56,426 nucleotides of DNA from Candidatus Terraquivivens tengchongensis (lineage in GTDB: Archaea > Thermoproteota > Nitrososphaeria_A > Caldarchaeales > Wolframiiraptoraceae). Positions within the stretch are counted from its first letter, which is position 1. The number at the start of each line of letters is the position of its first letter. The notes beneath the pieces are model-generated. The model ran no database searches and was not told the origin of the DNA. It saw only the letters and a program-made list of their open reading frames with translations. This document shows, piece after piece, positions 9,314 through 18,816 of the stretch. The DNA lies in the NCBI GenBank assembly GCA_023261845.1, contig JALNJZ010000009.1, positions 1-56,426 of the forward strand. Direction: 5' to 3'. Position numbers and translations under genes: made by a program.

Positions 9314-9607
9314 CTACTTGATTATTCCTACTATTAAGCCTATGAGGAGACCGGCGGTCAGCATGGGGTAAGTCTTCAAGATGTTGATGAAACTTTTCGC
9401 AACGCTCTCTAAGGATGTTATAATACTGACGATTTCGCCGGAACTAGGTAGCACGAAACCTGCTATCGTTATGCCGACGATACTAAGTATGATTATGGCT
9501 ACCAGTATCAAGAGCGCACCCTTTAAAACTTTGGTAGCACCGAAGCCTATTAGGAAACCTACTGCGAACAGGATGATGTTGGGTATCAGCACGGCGTAAT
9601 CTATCAT
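9314..9607 (-). CDS. small membrane protein (FUN14-like)
   Basis: Real gene is the last 97 aa of the 378-aa antisense ORF: MIDYAV...GFLIGFGATKVLK...GLLIGLIVG. Confidence 0.7.
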   Translation of the reverse strand: MIDYAVLIPNIILFAVGFLIGFGATKVLKGALLILVAIIILSIVGITIAGFVLPSSGEIVSIITSLESVAKSFINILKTYPMLTAGLLIGLIVGIIK

Positions 9608-9695
9608 GGATAAAATACTGAACCCCTCCCACATATATTTTATGAAGGGAAACATCTTTTTTATATCGGCCTGATTGACAAGAATGGGTTGTGGT

Positions 9696-11240
9696 ATGGC
9701 TAAGCCGAAGCTCCACTGGCTTGAGAGGCTTATCCTTCGGACGCTTCTAGAGAAGGATAGGCCCATGGAATACGGTGAGGTTGCCGATGCGATATCAAAG
9801 GACGAGGGCGCCGTGGCTAAGGCCTCGCTCTGGCTCAGGGAGAAAGGGCTGGTTGAAGTAAAAGAGACATCCGTAAAGATGGCCAAGCTAGGTACGACAG
9901 GAATAGAGTATCTCAAGATCGGCCTTCCAGAAAGGAGACTCGTGAACGTCCTGAAAAACGCCGGAGGTTGTATGAGTGTAAGCGAGCTCGAGAATGAACA
10001 GCTCTTGCAAGGCGAGCTGGCGGTCGCGATAATGTGGGCGAAAAAGAAGGGGTGGGTGACCATCGAGGACCAAGATGGCTCTAGGATCGTTAAAATCGTT
10101 GGCGACGTGCCAGAGGTCACAGCAGAGGAGGAATTGTTGGAAAAGCTTGGGAAGGGTGATGTAAGGGTTGACATCCTACCGCCGAAGCTTTTGGATGCTT
10201 GTCTCGAGCTTTCTAATAGGCCGAGGGTTGTGGAGTTGTACGAGGAGAGAAAGTACACGATGGTTTTGACCGAGCTGGCACGCAGCATACCGTCAGAAGA
10301 TCTGGAGTTGGAGCGACCCGTTGTTACAAAGTTGACGCCTGAGCTACTGATAACCGGCAAGTGGCGTGATCTTGAGCTAAGCCCCTTTGACATACGTGCT
10401 CCAACGAAACCGGTTTTTGTGGCAAAGCGCCACCCCCTCACAACGCTCATTAAGCTGATAAAGGATGTCTTCGTAGAGCTCGGCTTCGAGGAGATAAAGG
10501 GACCGCTTGTCGAGCTCGCATTCTGGAACTTTGACGCATTGTTCCAGCCTCAGGACCATCCGGCAAGGGAGATGCACGACACCTTTTACCTAGCATACCC
10601 CAGCGTCGGCAGACTTCCAGAAAAGTTCGTCGAACCCGTGAAGCAGTCGCATGAGTTCGGCGGTGATACCGGCTCTAGGGGTTGGAGGTATAAGTGGAGT
10701 GAACAAGAGGCCAGAAAACTAGTCCTCAGAACGCATACAACCGCGACCACCATCAGGCATCTTGCATACCGCAACGAGCCGCCCATCAAAGCATTCTCGG
10801 TCGACAGAATATACAGGAACGAAAAGGTGGACTGGAAGCACCTCGCCGAGTTCCACCAGGTAGAAGGAATAATAATGGATAGGAAGGCGACGTTCAGGGA
10901 GTTGATGGGCCTCATAAAGGAATTCTGCAGCAGAATAGGCCTTAAGGAGATAATATTCAGACCGTCCTACTTCCCTTACACGGAACCGTCGGCGGAAGTT
11001 ATAGTTTACATGCCCGAGAAGCGCGAGTGGTTAGAGCTCTTCGGGATGGGCATATTCAGGCCGGAGGTTACCGCTCCGTTGGGCGTCAAGTATCCAGTGC
11101 TGGCATGGGGTGGCGGTTTAGAAAGGTTAGCGATGGCGTTATTCAAGCTCGATGATATAAGGACACTATACGCCAACGACCTCAACTGGATAAGGGATAT
11201 GGTCAGGGTCTACGTGGACCTAAAAAGCGGAAGATTATAA
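9696..11240 (+). CDS. pheS: phenylalanyl-tRNA synthetase alpha subunit
   Basis: FWNFDALFQPQDHPAREMHDTF, LRTHTT, HLAEFHQVEG, YFPYTEPS, GGGLERL. Confidence 0.98.
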   Translation: MAKPKLHWLERLILRTLLEKDRPMEYGEVADAISKDEGAVAKASLWLREKGLVEVKETSVKMAKLGTTGIEYLKIGLPERRLVNVLKNAGGCMSVSELENEQLLQGELAVAIMWAKKKGWVTIEDQDGSRIVKIVGDVPEVTAEEELLEKLGKGDVRVDILPPKLLDACLELSNRPRVVELYEERKYTMVLTELARSIPSEDLELERPVVTKLTPELLITGKWRDLELSPFDIRAPTKPVFVAKRHPLTTLIKLIKDVFVELGFEEIKGPLVELAFWNFDALFQPQDHPAREMHDTFYLAYPSVGRLPEKFVEPVKQSHEFGGDTGSRGWRYKWSEQEARKLVLRTHTTATTIRHLAYRNEPPIKAFSVDRIYRNEKVDWKHLAEFHQVEGIIMDRKATFRELMGLIKEFCSRIGLKEIIFRPSYFPYTEPSAEVIVYMPEKREWLELFGMGIFRPEVTAPLGVKYPVLAWGGGLERLAMALFKLDDIRTLYANDLNWIRDMVRVYVDLKSGRL

Positions 11241-11279
11241 AATACGTTGAAACTCTGAAAGGGTTGTGACGTAAGTAGT

Positions 11280-12536
11280 ATGGTAAAACTCAGCAGTTTC
11301 AATCTGTTAGCATTCGGAATAAACCTCACGTTAATTCCCTTAATGCTTTACGCCATATTTTCTATCGCAGGTTATTTTAATATCAGTGCTTGGAATTTCG
11401 TTCTGATGTTTCTTCCAGCGTTTGTCTTAGATTATGTTAGGGCTATCGGCAAATCCGTTATACTGCCATTCTATGAACTCTTCAGGAAGCCTCCGCGACC
11501 TGCATACACTCCAACGATAAGTGTCATAATACCTGCCCACAACGAAGAGAGGACGATAGCAGCCTGCATAGCTTCTGTCCTTGAAAACGACTATAAGTTT
11601 AAAGAGGTTATAGTCGTGGACGACGGCTCCACTGACGGCACGTACGTCGTTGCATCGAAGTTTAGGGAGCGGATAAAGCTTCTCTCAAGACCTAAAGGTG
11701 GAATTAAGACGTACGCATTAAACTACGGATTAGGTTTTGCGAAAGGCGAGCTTATAGTGACCGTTGATGCCGACACAATAATTTCGAGAGATGCCCTCAG
11801 TAAGATCGCCGCGTACTTTTCCAACCCGAGGATACTTGCCGCAAGTGGAAACTTGAGAGTGATCAACGAGAACAAGAACCTGCTAACAATGTTACAGTCT
11901 TATGAATACGTGATAGCGTTCGACATAGGCAGGAGGTTACAGGCGCTGTTCAGAACGTTGCTCATAATACCAGGTGCGAAGTCTATCATAAGAAAGCGCA
12001 TTCTAGAAGCCATCGGAGGGTTCGACCCAGTCCTTGGTGAAGATTTCGACCTTACGCTAAAGGTTCACAAGATAAGGGGCAGGGTTATCTTCATATCTGA
12101 TTGTTATGCATTCACTGAAGTTCCCGAAACCTGGCGCTCATGGTTCAAACAGAGGGAAAGGTGGCACAGGAGTCAAATCAGGGTCTTGATAAGACATAGG
12201 AACATCTTCTTTAGAAGAATGTTCGGAACACCCGGTATATTGGGCGCACCAGACATGGTCCTGATAGATATGCTAGCGGTCATCATCCGGCCAACATGGT
12301 TCGCATTCTTCATGTACGCACAAAGCATCGTGGTTTTCGGATTGTTGTTGATGCTGTTTTACCTAATAATAGAGTTGCATACAGTTTTAAGTGCACTTTC
12401 TGTAATCGAATTTCCATCGGACTTGAAGAACGCGTACTTGTTACCTTTGGTTCCTCTGTTCTACAGGCCAGTGTACAGCATTGTCAGATTCTATGCTTAC
12501 GTAGCTGAGTTAATTAAACCAAGCATAAAATGGTGA
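11280..12536 (+). CDS. processive membrane GT2 glycan synthase (PgaC/IcaA/cellulose synthase-like)
   Basis: IPAHNEE, DDGSTD, DAD, GED, QRERW (D,D,D,QxxRW) with flanking TM helices. Confidence 0.9.
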   Translation: MVKLSSFNLLAFGINLTLIPLMLYAIFSIAGYFNISAWNFVLMFLPAFVLDYVRAIGKSVILPFYELFRKPPRPAYTPTISVIIPAHNEERTIAACIASVLENDYKFKEVIVVDDGSTDGTYVVASKFRERIKLLSRPKGGIKTYALNYGLGFAKGELIVTVDADTIISRDALSKIAAYFSNPRILAASGNLRVINENKNLLTMLQSYEYVIAFDIGRRLQALFRTLLIIPGAKSIIRKRILEAIGGFDPVLGEDFDLTLKVHKIRGRVIFISDCYAFTEVPETWRSWFKQRERWHRSQIRVLIRHRNIFFRRMFGTPGILGAPDMVLIDMLAVIIRPTWFAFFMYAQSIVVFGLLLMLFYLIIELHTVLSALSVIEFPSDLKNAYLLPLVPLFYRPVYSIVRFYAYVAELIKPSIKW

Positions 12537-12554
12537 TTCAGCACATTAGAAACT

Positions 12555-13535
12555 TTAACTTTTTATGACGTCCTCTATCGCAAGGGTAAGCTTTTCCACC
12601 AATGCGTCGGCATCCTCCGCTTCCACTATCGTTATATCATAATATTTTGCTAATGCTTTTGCCTTTTCAGTCGCAATCGGGACGGCCGCGAGTATTGCGT
12701 TCTTTACTCCAGTGTCAATAATTTTTGCGTAGAGTGTGAGCACATGCACATCATCAACTACATCTATGTGAATATCTACAACAACCTCTGGGGCTTCACG
12801 CAAACCATGTTCATACTGCCATAAACCTAATGTAAAGGTGTGCTCGACACCCGACTTGCCCCTGATTTTATAGTCTTTCTTTGCAACCCAGCCGAGTGCA
12901 TGAACTTTCTGGATAATGGGTGTTAGGTTAAAAGTAACCTTTACCAAAAGCTCGCGCTTGCTATGATCTAAAGTGTATGTGCTGACCTCCACATACCTTG
13001 TCTCATCTATACTCTGCAGCTCTCCGCATGTCCAGCATTTGAGTGAAATGATCGGGTTTTGTGCTATGTTACCGCAATCGTTGCAGACGTACTGTACACC
13101 GGGCTTTATGTAATCCACACCTAAAGCCCTGAGCCTCTTTTTACATTTCAGGCATACGTAGTCATGCTCGGCAAATACCGACTCTAAATTCGCATACCCA
13201 CACGTCAGATGCTGGATAACCATCCCTTTTCTTAAGTTTAAAGAATTGCAATTTGGACAACGGTGCATTATCTTGAACGATGTACCATTGCATCTTCTAC
13301 AAAGCGTCACATTCTCTTTCTGCTCTTTTAGAAGAAACCCTTCTTTATGTAGCGCCTCAAGCGTAGGCAGCACATCGCTCTTCAAATCAGCTTCAGCATC
13401 TGGATAGGTTATGCCGAGCTTTGGGTCGATATTCGCTGATAATTCTTTGATAATACCATCTCTCATCTTCTGAAGTAACATGCGCACATTATGCTTCCTC
13501 GTTACAGAGTGCTCGTCACTCATTTTGTTCTTCAA
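12555..13535 (-). CDS. multi-Zn-ribbon (TackOD1-like) protein with C-terminal restriction-endonuclease-like fold
   Basis: CxxC pairs, HLTCG, LGVDY; C-terminal GKSGVEHTF...YAKIIDTG typical of archaeal Mrr-like domains. Confidence 0.65.
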   Translation of the reverse strand: MKNKMSDEHSVTRKHNVRMLLQKMRDGIIKELSANIDPKLGITYPDAEADLKSDVLPTLEALHKEGFLLKEQKENVTLCRRCNGTSFKIMHRCPNCNSLNLRKGMVIQHLTCGYANLESVFAEHDYVCLKCKKRLRALGVDYIKPGVQYVCNDCGNIAQNPIISLKCWTCGELQSIDETRYVEVSTYTLDHSKRELLVKVTFNLTPIIQKVHALGWVAKKDYKIRGKSGVEHTFTLGLWQYEHGLREAPEVVVDIHIDVVDDVHVLTLYAKIIDTGVKNAILAAVPIATEKAKALAKYYDITIVEAEDADALVEKLTLAIEDVIKS

Positions 13536-13653
13536 GTATCCATTGTTAAAAATTTTGATTATAAATACTTTTTTTAAACTTAAATATTTTTAAGGAACGA
13601 ATCGGTAATGATTCGATGTGCCGTAAATTTAGAACGTATAGGTGGACTGATGA

Positions 13654-15330
13654 ATGCCGATACTCAACCTGAAGCTGGAAAGGTTTTTCGATTTACTGGA
13701 ACAAAAGCTCGATAAGGATGAATTAATCGGTGCTCTAACGGGCATCGGTGTCGCCATTGAGGAGCTGGGAGCGGACTGCGTTAAGGTGGAGTACAACCCG
13801 AACAGGCCGGACTTTTCGAGCCCTGCAGGTCTTGCAAGGGCGATAAAGGGTATTCTTGGGATAGAGACTGGCGTTCCTAGGTTTCGTACGCTCCCTCCCA
13901 AGACATTCGTAAAGGTGGATAAGAGCGTCAAAGCGGTTAGGCCTTGGGTCGTGGCAGCCTACGTTGAAGGTCTTAACCTGTCGGCAGAAGACATCGAGGA
14001 ACTGATAGCCATGCAAGAGGACCTACACTGGGTCGTGGGAAGAAATAGGAGGAAAGTGGCCATAGGTTTGCACAACGCCAGCGCCATAAAACCGCCAATA
14101 ATCTACAAGGCGGTAAAAGGTGATGAGATAAGCTTCGTACCGCTCAAGAGCTTTAGAAGGATGACGCCACAGGAGATAGTCGAACAACATGAGGTTGGCC
14201 GTAAGTATGGCCACATAGTCGCTGGAACAGGCTTGTTCCCGGTCATCATGGATTCGCGTGGGGAAGTACTTTCGTTACCACCCATAATAAACGCAGCACT
14301 GACCGAGCTGACGGAAGGCACGAATACGCTCTTCATAGACGTAACTGGCACAGACCTAGAGGCCGTAAGCGGTGCTTTAAACATACTGACGACGGCACTT
14401 GCAGACATCGGCGGAAGGATCAGACAGGTGAGGATAATTTATGATGGCATGAAAATGACGACACCGGACCTAAGGACGAAGGTTTGGAAGCTTAAGCTAA
14501 GCTATGCCAACGATTTACTCGGCCTGAACATTCCCATGAAGGAGGCCATGAGAGCCTTGAGAAAGTCAAGGGTCGGCGTTAAGAAGGTCAAGGGCGATAC
14601 GATATTCGCTGAGGTGCCTGCATATCGGCTCGACATCATGCATCCGGTTGACCTAGTTGAGGAAATAGCCATAGGTCTCGGATATAAAAACTTACAACCA
14701 GTCGTACCTAAGACGTTAGGTTTCGGTAAACATCATCCCGACACGAATTTTGAGGATGTATGCAAGGAAATCATGTTTGGACTCGGCTTCACGGAGGTCA
14801 TAAACTTCACGCTTTCCAACAGCACGAGGGACTATCGTTGGATGAAGGTCGAGCCACAGAATCCTGTGAGGATTCTCAACCCCGTCTCGGCCGAGTATGA
14901 CATACTCAGGACGTGGCTCATTCCGAGTTTGCTTTACAATTTGACCATGAACAAGCACAGTCCTTACCCGCATAGACTTTTTGAGATAGGTGATGTGCTG
15001 GTGATTGACGAGTCTTCCGATGAGGGTGTTAGGAGGGAGGCTAGATTAGCGTTCGTAAGCTCCCATGCAGACACATCGTTCTCAGAGGTTAAATCCGTTA
15101 CAGAAGAATTCCTGAGAAGCCTCGGCTTAAGGGAATGGACTCTGAGAGAGGCCGAGCATGCCAGCTTCATCGAGGGAAGAGTCGCAGAGGTGGAGGTAGG
15201 CGGTGTTAAGATAGGGATAATGGGCGAGATAAGTCCAGAAGTATTGGAGGCTTTCGGAATAACTATGCCCGTGAGCGCAGTTGAGATAGAGTTGCAGAAA
15301 GTTCGCAGTTTACTCAATAAGCTACAATAA
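13654..15330 (+). CDS. pheT: phenylalanyl-tRNA synthetase beta subunit
   Basis: PNRPD, QEDLH, SLPPIIN, YRLDIMHPVDLVEEIAI, LFEIGDV. Confidence 0.98.
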   Translation: MPILNLKLERFFDLLEQKLDKDELIGALTGIGVAIEELGADCVKVEYNPNRPDFSSPAGLARAIKGILGIETGVPRFRTLPPKTFVKVDKSVKAVRPWVVAAYVEGLNLSAEDIEELIAMQEDLHWVVGRNRRKVAIGLHNASAIKPPIIYKAVKGDEISFVPLKSFRRMTPQEIVEQHEVGRKYGHIVAGTGLFPVIMDSRGEVLSLPPIINAALTELTEGTNTLFIDVTGTDLEAVSGALNILTTALADIGGRIRQVRIIYDGMKMTTPDLRTKVWKLKLSYANDLLGLNIPMKEAMRALRKSRVGVKKVKGDTIFAEVPAYRLDIMHPVDLVEEIAIGLGYKNLQPVVPKTLGFGKHHPDTNFEDVCKEIMFGLGFTEVINFTLSNSTRDYRWMKVEPQNPVRILNPVSAEYDILRTWLIPSLLYNLTMNKHSPYPHRLFEIGDVLVIDESSDEGVRREARLAFVSSHADTSFSEVKSVTEEFLRSLGLREWTLREAEHASFIEGRVAEVEVGGVKIGIMGEISPEVLEAFGITMPVSAVEIELQKVRSLLNKLQ

Positions 15331-15361
15331 CAGTTTTTAAGCACGTCCTGCCATTTTATTG

Positions 15362-15440
15362 TTGCCCCACCATGCCTTGAGCCGCACCGAGGAAGGGTTG
15401 CCGCCCTGCTCTATGGGGTGCGGTGTTCGTGGTGGGGCAA
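15362..15440. ncRNA. GC-rich three-stem hairpin of unknown class
   Basis: 13-bp basal stem 15362-15374/15428-15440, 8-bp middle stem 15381-15388/15417-15424, apical AGGG/CCCT. Confidence 0.55.
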
Positions 15441-15507
15441 AAGTCCGATACACTATTTTTAAATATTCATGTAGTAGGTGCGTAGGCTTAGAAGGGAAGG
15501 TGCTGGC

Positions 15508-16599
15508 TTGGACGTCGAGACAAGGATAGAGTTGATCACTAGAGCGCCGACCGAAGAGGTAATAACGCTTCAGGAATTAAGGCAACTCCTCGAGACGAAC
15601 GACAAGCCTGTCGCTTACGATGGGTTCGAGCCGAGCGGCCTCGCCCATATACCTTTTGCTGTGCTGAGGGCAATAAAGCTGAAGGATATGCTGGATGCTG
15701 GTTGCAGGTTCAAGCTATTGCTTGCCGATTGGCATGCGATGGTAAACAAGAAGATGGGCGGCGACTTGGAGAAGATAAGAAAGGTCGGCGAATATCTGAT
15801 AGAGGTTTGGAAAGCCTCGGGCATAGACATTAATAGGGTGGAGATCGTTTGGGCCAATGATGTCGCGGCCGATAAAGAATACTGGAAGCTAGTCATAAGC
15901 GTGGCAAAAGAGGCTACGCTCAAGAGGTTCCTTAGATGTCTTCCTATAATGGGTAGGCAAGAGGGTGAGCTTCAGGAAGCTGCTCAACTCTTCTATCCAG
16001 CCATGCAGGTTGCTGATATATTCTATCTTGGAGTTGACATATGCCAGCTTGGCCTTGACCAGAGAAGGGCTAATATACTCGCAAGGGAAATCGCACCAAA
16101 GCTCGGACTACCAAAACCCGTAGCGGTCCACCATCATATGCTCATGGGTTTGGCGGGACCTGTGGGAGCAAAAGGTCTTGACGACGATTCTGAGATAGAC
16201 ATGCAGATAAGCTCGAAGATGAGCAAAAGTGTGCCCGAGACCAGCATATACGTGCACGACACTAGGGAAGTTTTAGAGGAAAAGGTGATGAAGGCTTATT
16301 GCCCGCCGAAGGACACAAAGTCCAACCCCATGATAGAGTATTGCAAGTACATAATCTTCCCGAAGCTTGGAAGGCTGTACATAGAAAGGCCGCAAAAGTA
16401 TGGCGGAGATGTGCTCTACGAGAATTTTGAAGACCTGAAGAAAGATTATGAACTTGGCCGCATCCACCCATTGGACTTAAAAAGAGCGGTTGTGGATGCA
16501 CTTGACAAAATACTTGAGCCGATAAGGGTGTACTTCGAAAACAACAAGAGAGCTAAGGAGCTTTTCGAAACGATCTCAAGCTATGAGATTACTAGATGA
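15508..16599 (+). CDS. tyrS: tyrosyl-tRNA synthetase
   Basis: AYDGFEPSG, YPAMQVADI, GLDQR, KMSKS; start is TTG 15508 or GTG 15478. Confidence 0.97.
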   Translation: MDVETRIELITRAPTEEVITLQELRQLLETNDKPVAYDGFEPSGLAHIPFAVLRAIKLKDMLDAGCRFKLLLADWHAMVNKKMGGDLEKIRKVGEYLIEVWKASGIDINRVEIVWANDVAADKEYWKLVISVAKEATLKRFLRCLPIMGRQEGELQEAAQLFYPAMQVADIFYLGVDICQLGLDQRRANILAREIAPKLGLPKPVAVHHHMLMGLAGPVGAKGLDDDSEIDMQISSKMSKSVPETSIYVHDTREVLEEKVMKAYCPPKDTKSNPMIEYCKYIIFPKLGRLYIERPQKYGGDVLYENFEDLKKDYELGRIHPLDLKRAVVDALDKILEPIRVYFENNKRAKELFETISSYEITR

Positions 16600-16716
16600 T
16601 TGCTCACTTGGAATTTTGAACCGTTCATCGACTATTTTGAGTTTTGCATTTGGATGAGGATTGATGTTAAGCAAAATGCCGAAGGGTTTAAAAGTAGCCG
16701 ACCTTGACATTCAGAC

Positions 16717-16782
16717 TAAGAACGGTTCTTCATGAGAGGGGGTGGGACGGACCACTCCTTCACTTCAAGGGAGGTGATTCGG
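16717..16782 (+). promoter_or_regulatory. structured 5' leader of speD-speE
   Basis: TATA-like TTTAAAAG at 16687; hairpins 16737-16760 and 16760-16777, the second covering SD GGAGGTGA. Confidence 0.45.
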
Positions 16783-17166
16783 GTGAAGGAGTTGGGGCGG
16801 CACTTAATAGCTGAACTGTACGGATGCGATACCTCAGTCCTCGGAGATCTTGAGGCTCTGAGGACGACCTTACTCGAGGCTGCAGAAGCCTCGGGGGCTA
16901 AAGTTCTCGGAGAGTTTTTTAAAAAGTTTCCACGTGGGGGCGGCGTGACCGGTATCTTAGCTATCGCGGAGTCTCACATCTCGATACACACATGGCCAGA
17001 ATACGGCTACGCTGCCGTCGACCTATTCACGTGCGGAGACCGTGTAGACCCATGGAGGGCGTACGAGGTTATTTATAGAAAAATGAAACCGAGTCGTGCA
17101 CATGTCAAGGAACTCAAGCGTGGACTCATAGAGGTTGAGGAGGTTTGGCAGAGGGTGGAAGAGTAA
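16783..17166 (+). CDS. speD: pyruvoyl-dependent S-adenosylmethionine decarboxylase proenzyme (an arginine decarboxylase paralog is not excluded)
   Basis: GRHLIAELYGC, AESHISIHTWPEYGYAAVDLFTCG; adjacent to speE. Confidence 0.93.
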   Translation: MKELGRHLIAELYGCDTSVLGDLEALRTTLLEAAEASGAKVLGEFFKKFPRGGGVTGILAIAESHISIHTWPEYGYAAVDLFTCGDRVDPWRAYEVIYRKMKPSRAHVKELKRGLIEVEEVWQRVEE

Positions 17167-18068
17167 ACTGGAGGCTTCTGCTAGAGTGGCAGACGCCAAC
17201 TTCGGCTGTACTTCATATGATCAAGCGTGTCATATACAGTGGCAGGACGAAGTACCAGGAAGTCGACATAGTGGATACCTACGACTTTGGTCTATGCTTA
17301 GTGCTAGACGGCAAGGTGCAGTCGTCGAGTGCGGATGAGAAGATCTACCACGAATCTTTGGTCCATCCTGCGATGCTCACGCATCCAAAACCTTCGCGGG
17401 TCTTGATAATAGGCGGCGGTGAGGGAGCAATGCTCAGGGAAGTCCTAAAACATAGGACGGTCGAGAAAGCCGTAATGGTTGATTTAGACGAGGAGGTTGT
17501 CCAGCTTTGTAAAAAGTATCTGCCGGAATTTCACATGAATTCCTTTGACGACCCGAGGGTAGAGATAGTGTTCGAGGACGGGAGGAAGTATGTCGAGCGG
17601 CTTCCTGATGGTTCGTTCGACGTGGCAATAATTGATGTGACAGACCCTATAGAGGGTGGGCCTTCTTATCTTCTGTACACTACGGAATTTTACCGGACGT
17701 TGGCCAGGAAGTTGAGCGATGACGGTGTATTCGCGACACAAGCCACGTCCACCTACTACAGCAGGAATTGCTTCGCGGCCATCTACAAGACCGCAGCATA
17801 CACGTTTCCTGTCGCTAGGGCATGGCATGCCTTCGTCCCATCATATGCGTCAGAGTGGGGCTTCGTCCTAGGCTCAAAAGTAGCCGACCCCCTCAGCCTT
17901 ACTCCTGAAGAGGTCGGGCGCAGGTTGAAAGAGAGGGGGGTTAACAACCTCGAATTCTACTCGCCAGACGTTCACCAGAGAATCTTTGCAGTACCGCCCT
18001 ATCTGGCCCGGGCTTTCGAGGTTGCTAAGCCAATAACGGATTCCAGTCCTGTTTTCATGCCGGCCTAG
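17145..18068 (+). CDS. speE: polyamine aminopropyltransferase (spermidine synthase)
   Basis: LVLDGKVQS, YHESLVHP, VLIIGGGEG, IIDVTDP. Confidence 0.95.
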   Translation: MAEGGRVNWRLLLEWQTPTSAVLHMIKRVIYSGRTKYQEVDIVDTYDFGLCLVLDGKVQSSSADEKIYHESLVHPAMLTHPKPSRVLIIGGGEGAMLREVLKHRTVEKAVMVDLDEEVVQLCKKYLPEFHMNSFDDPRVEIVFEDGRKYVERLPDGSFDVAIIDVTDPIEGGPSYLLYTTEFYRTLARKLSDDGVFATQATSTYYSRNCFAAIYKTAAYTFPVARAWHAFVPSYASEWGFVLGSKVADPLSLTPEEVGRRLKERGVNNLEFYSPDVHQRIFAVPPYLARAFEVAKPITDSSPVFMPA

Positions 18069-18144
18069 CAACAATTACGCCCTTGTGTTTTGAAAGGTCT
18101 CTAACACATAACTCTTAAATATTGGATGGTATATCCATCCATCT

Positions 18145-18816
18145 ATGTCGAGTGCGTTGGCCCGCTTATTGGATAAAATATGGGGCGGAAAGACAATCGA
18201 TGAAATCTTATCAAAGAGGTTTAAGCTGTTCGTCCTGTTTGGAATTCTCTTTACGGGGTCGTTCTGGGCGTATAGGGTTGTTGCTGGGATAGAGCTTCTG
18301 CCCAACTTAGAATGGGTTATACCGACGCTTGTAACGGTCGGCTCTTTCTCACTTCCCTTAGGAGGAAACGTGTTTTGGAGGTCGCTCAACAGGTACTTCG
18401 GCATCTTAGCGCTTGCCAGCGTGATAGCTTTCGACCTGATCCTTTTCGGCCCCGGTCTTTGGCACGTCTGGGTCTTCAAGTGGTCAGGATTCGTCTTCGC
18501 CTGGCTCCTCGGCATGCGGAGCAAGCTTTACATGTTCGACAGATACAAGAGGCTGCTCGGTAGCACCCTTCTTACGACGGCAATAGCAATCCTAATCTTC
18601 GATTTCTGGACGGGCGTCATAGGTTGTGGTCTATGGATCGGGTCCTTTTGGCTGTCCTTCATCGGCCAGATACCCTTCACCCTATACCACCTTGCTTCGT
18701 TGATATTCATTCCGCCGCTCGTAGCACTCGCCAAGTTGTTAGTGAAGGTTAAGGTTCCGGTAGCTGTCGCAGTGCGTTCCGGTCTAAGAGTTTCTTTGGG
18801 CGAAAGTTGGAGGTGA
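18145..18816 (+). CDS. membrane protein, possible ECF-type S-component
   Basis: About six TM helices, LPNLE and GQIPF motifs; coupled to a DUF4430-like gene. Confidence 0.55.
   Translation: MSSALARLLDKIWGGKTIDEILSKRFKLFVLFGILFTGSFWAYRVVAGIELLPNLEWVIPTLVTVGSFSLPLGGNVFWRSLNRYFGILALASVIAFDLILFGPGLWHVWVFKWSGFVFAWLLGMRSKLYMFDRYKRLLGSTLLTTAIAILIFDFWTGVIGCGLWIGSFWLSFIGQIPFTLYHLASLIFIPPLVALAKLLVKVKVPVAVAVRSGLRVSLGESWR

Noticed and set aside
9608-10450. N-terminal 281 aa of the 378-aa ORF 9314-10450
   Set aside because: Mostly an antisense shadow of pheS; only the last 97 aa look like a real membrane protein.
15389-15411. GAA-GGG...CCC as an archaeal SECIS element
   Set aside because: The unpaired A opposite GAA is missing and no selenoprotein-like gene is nearby.
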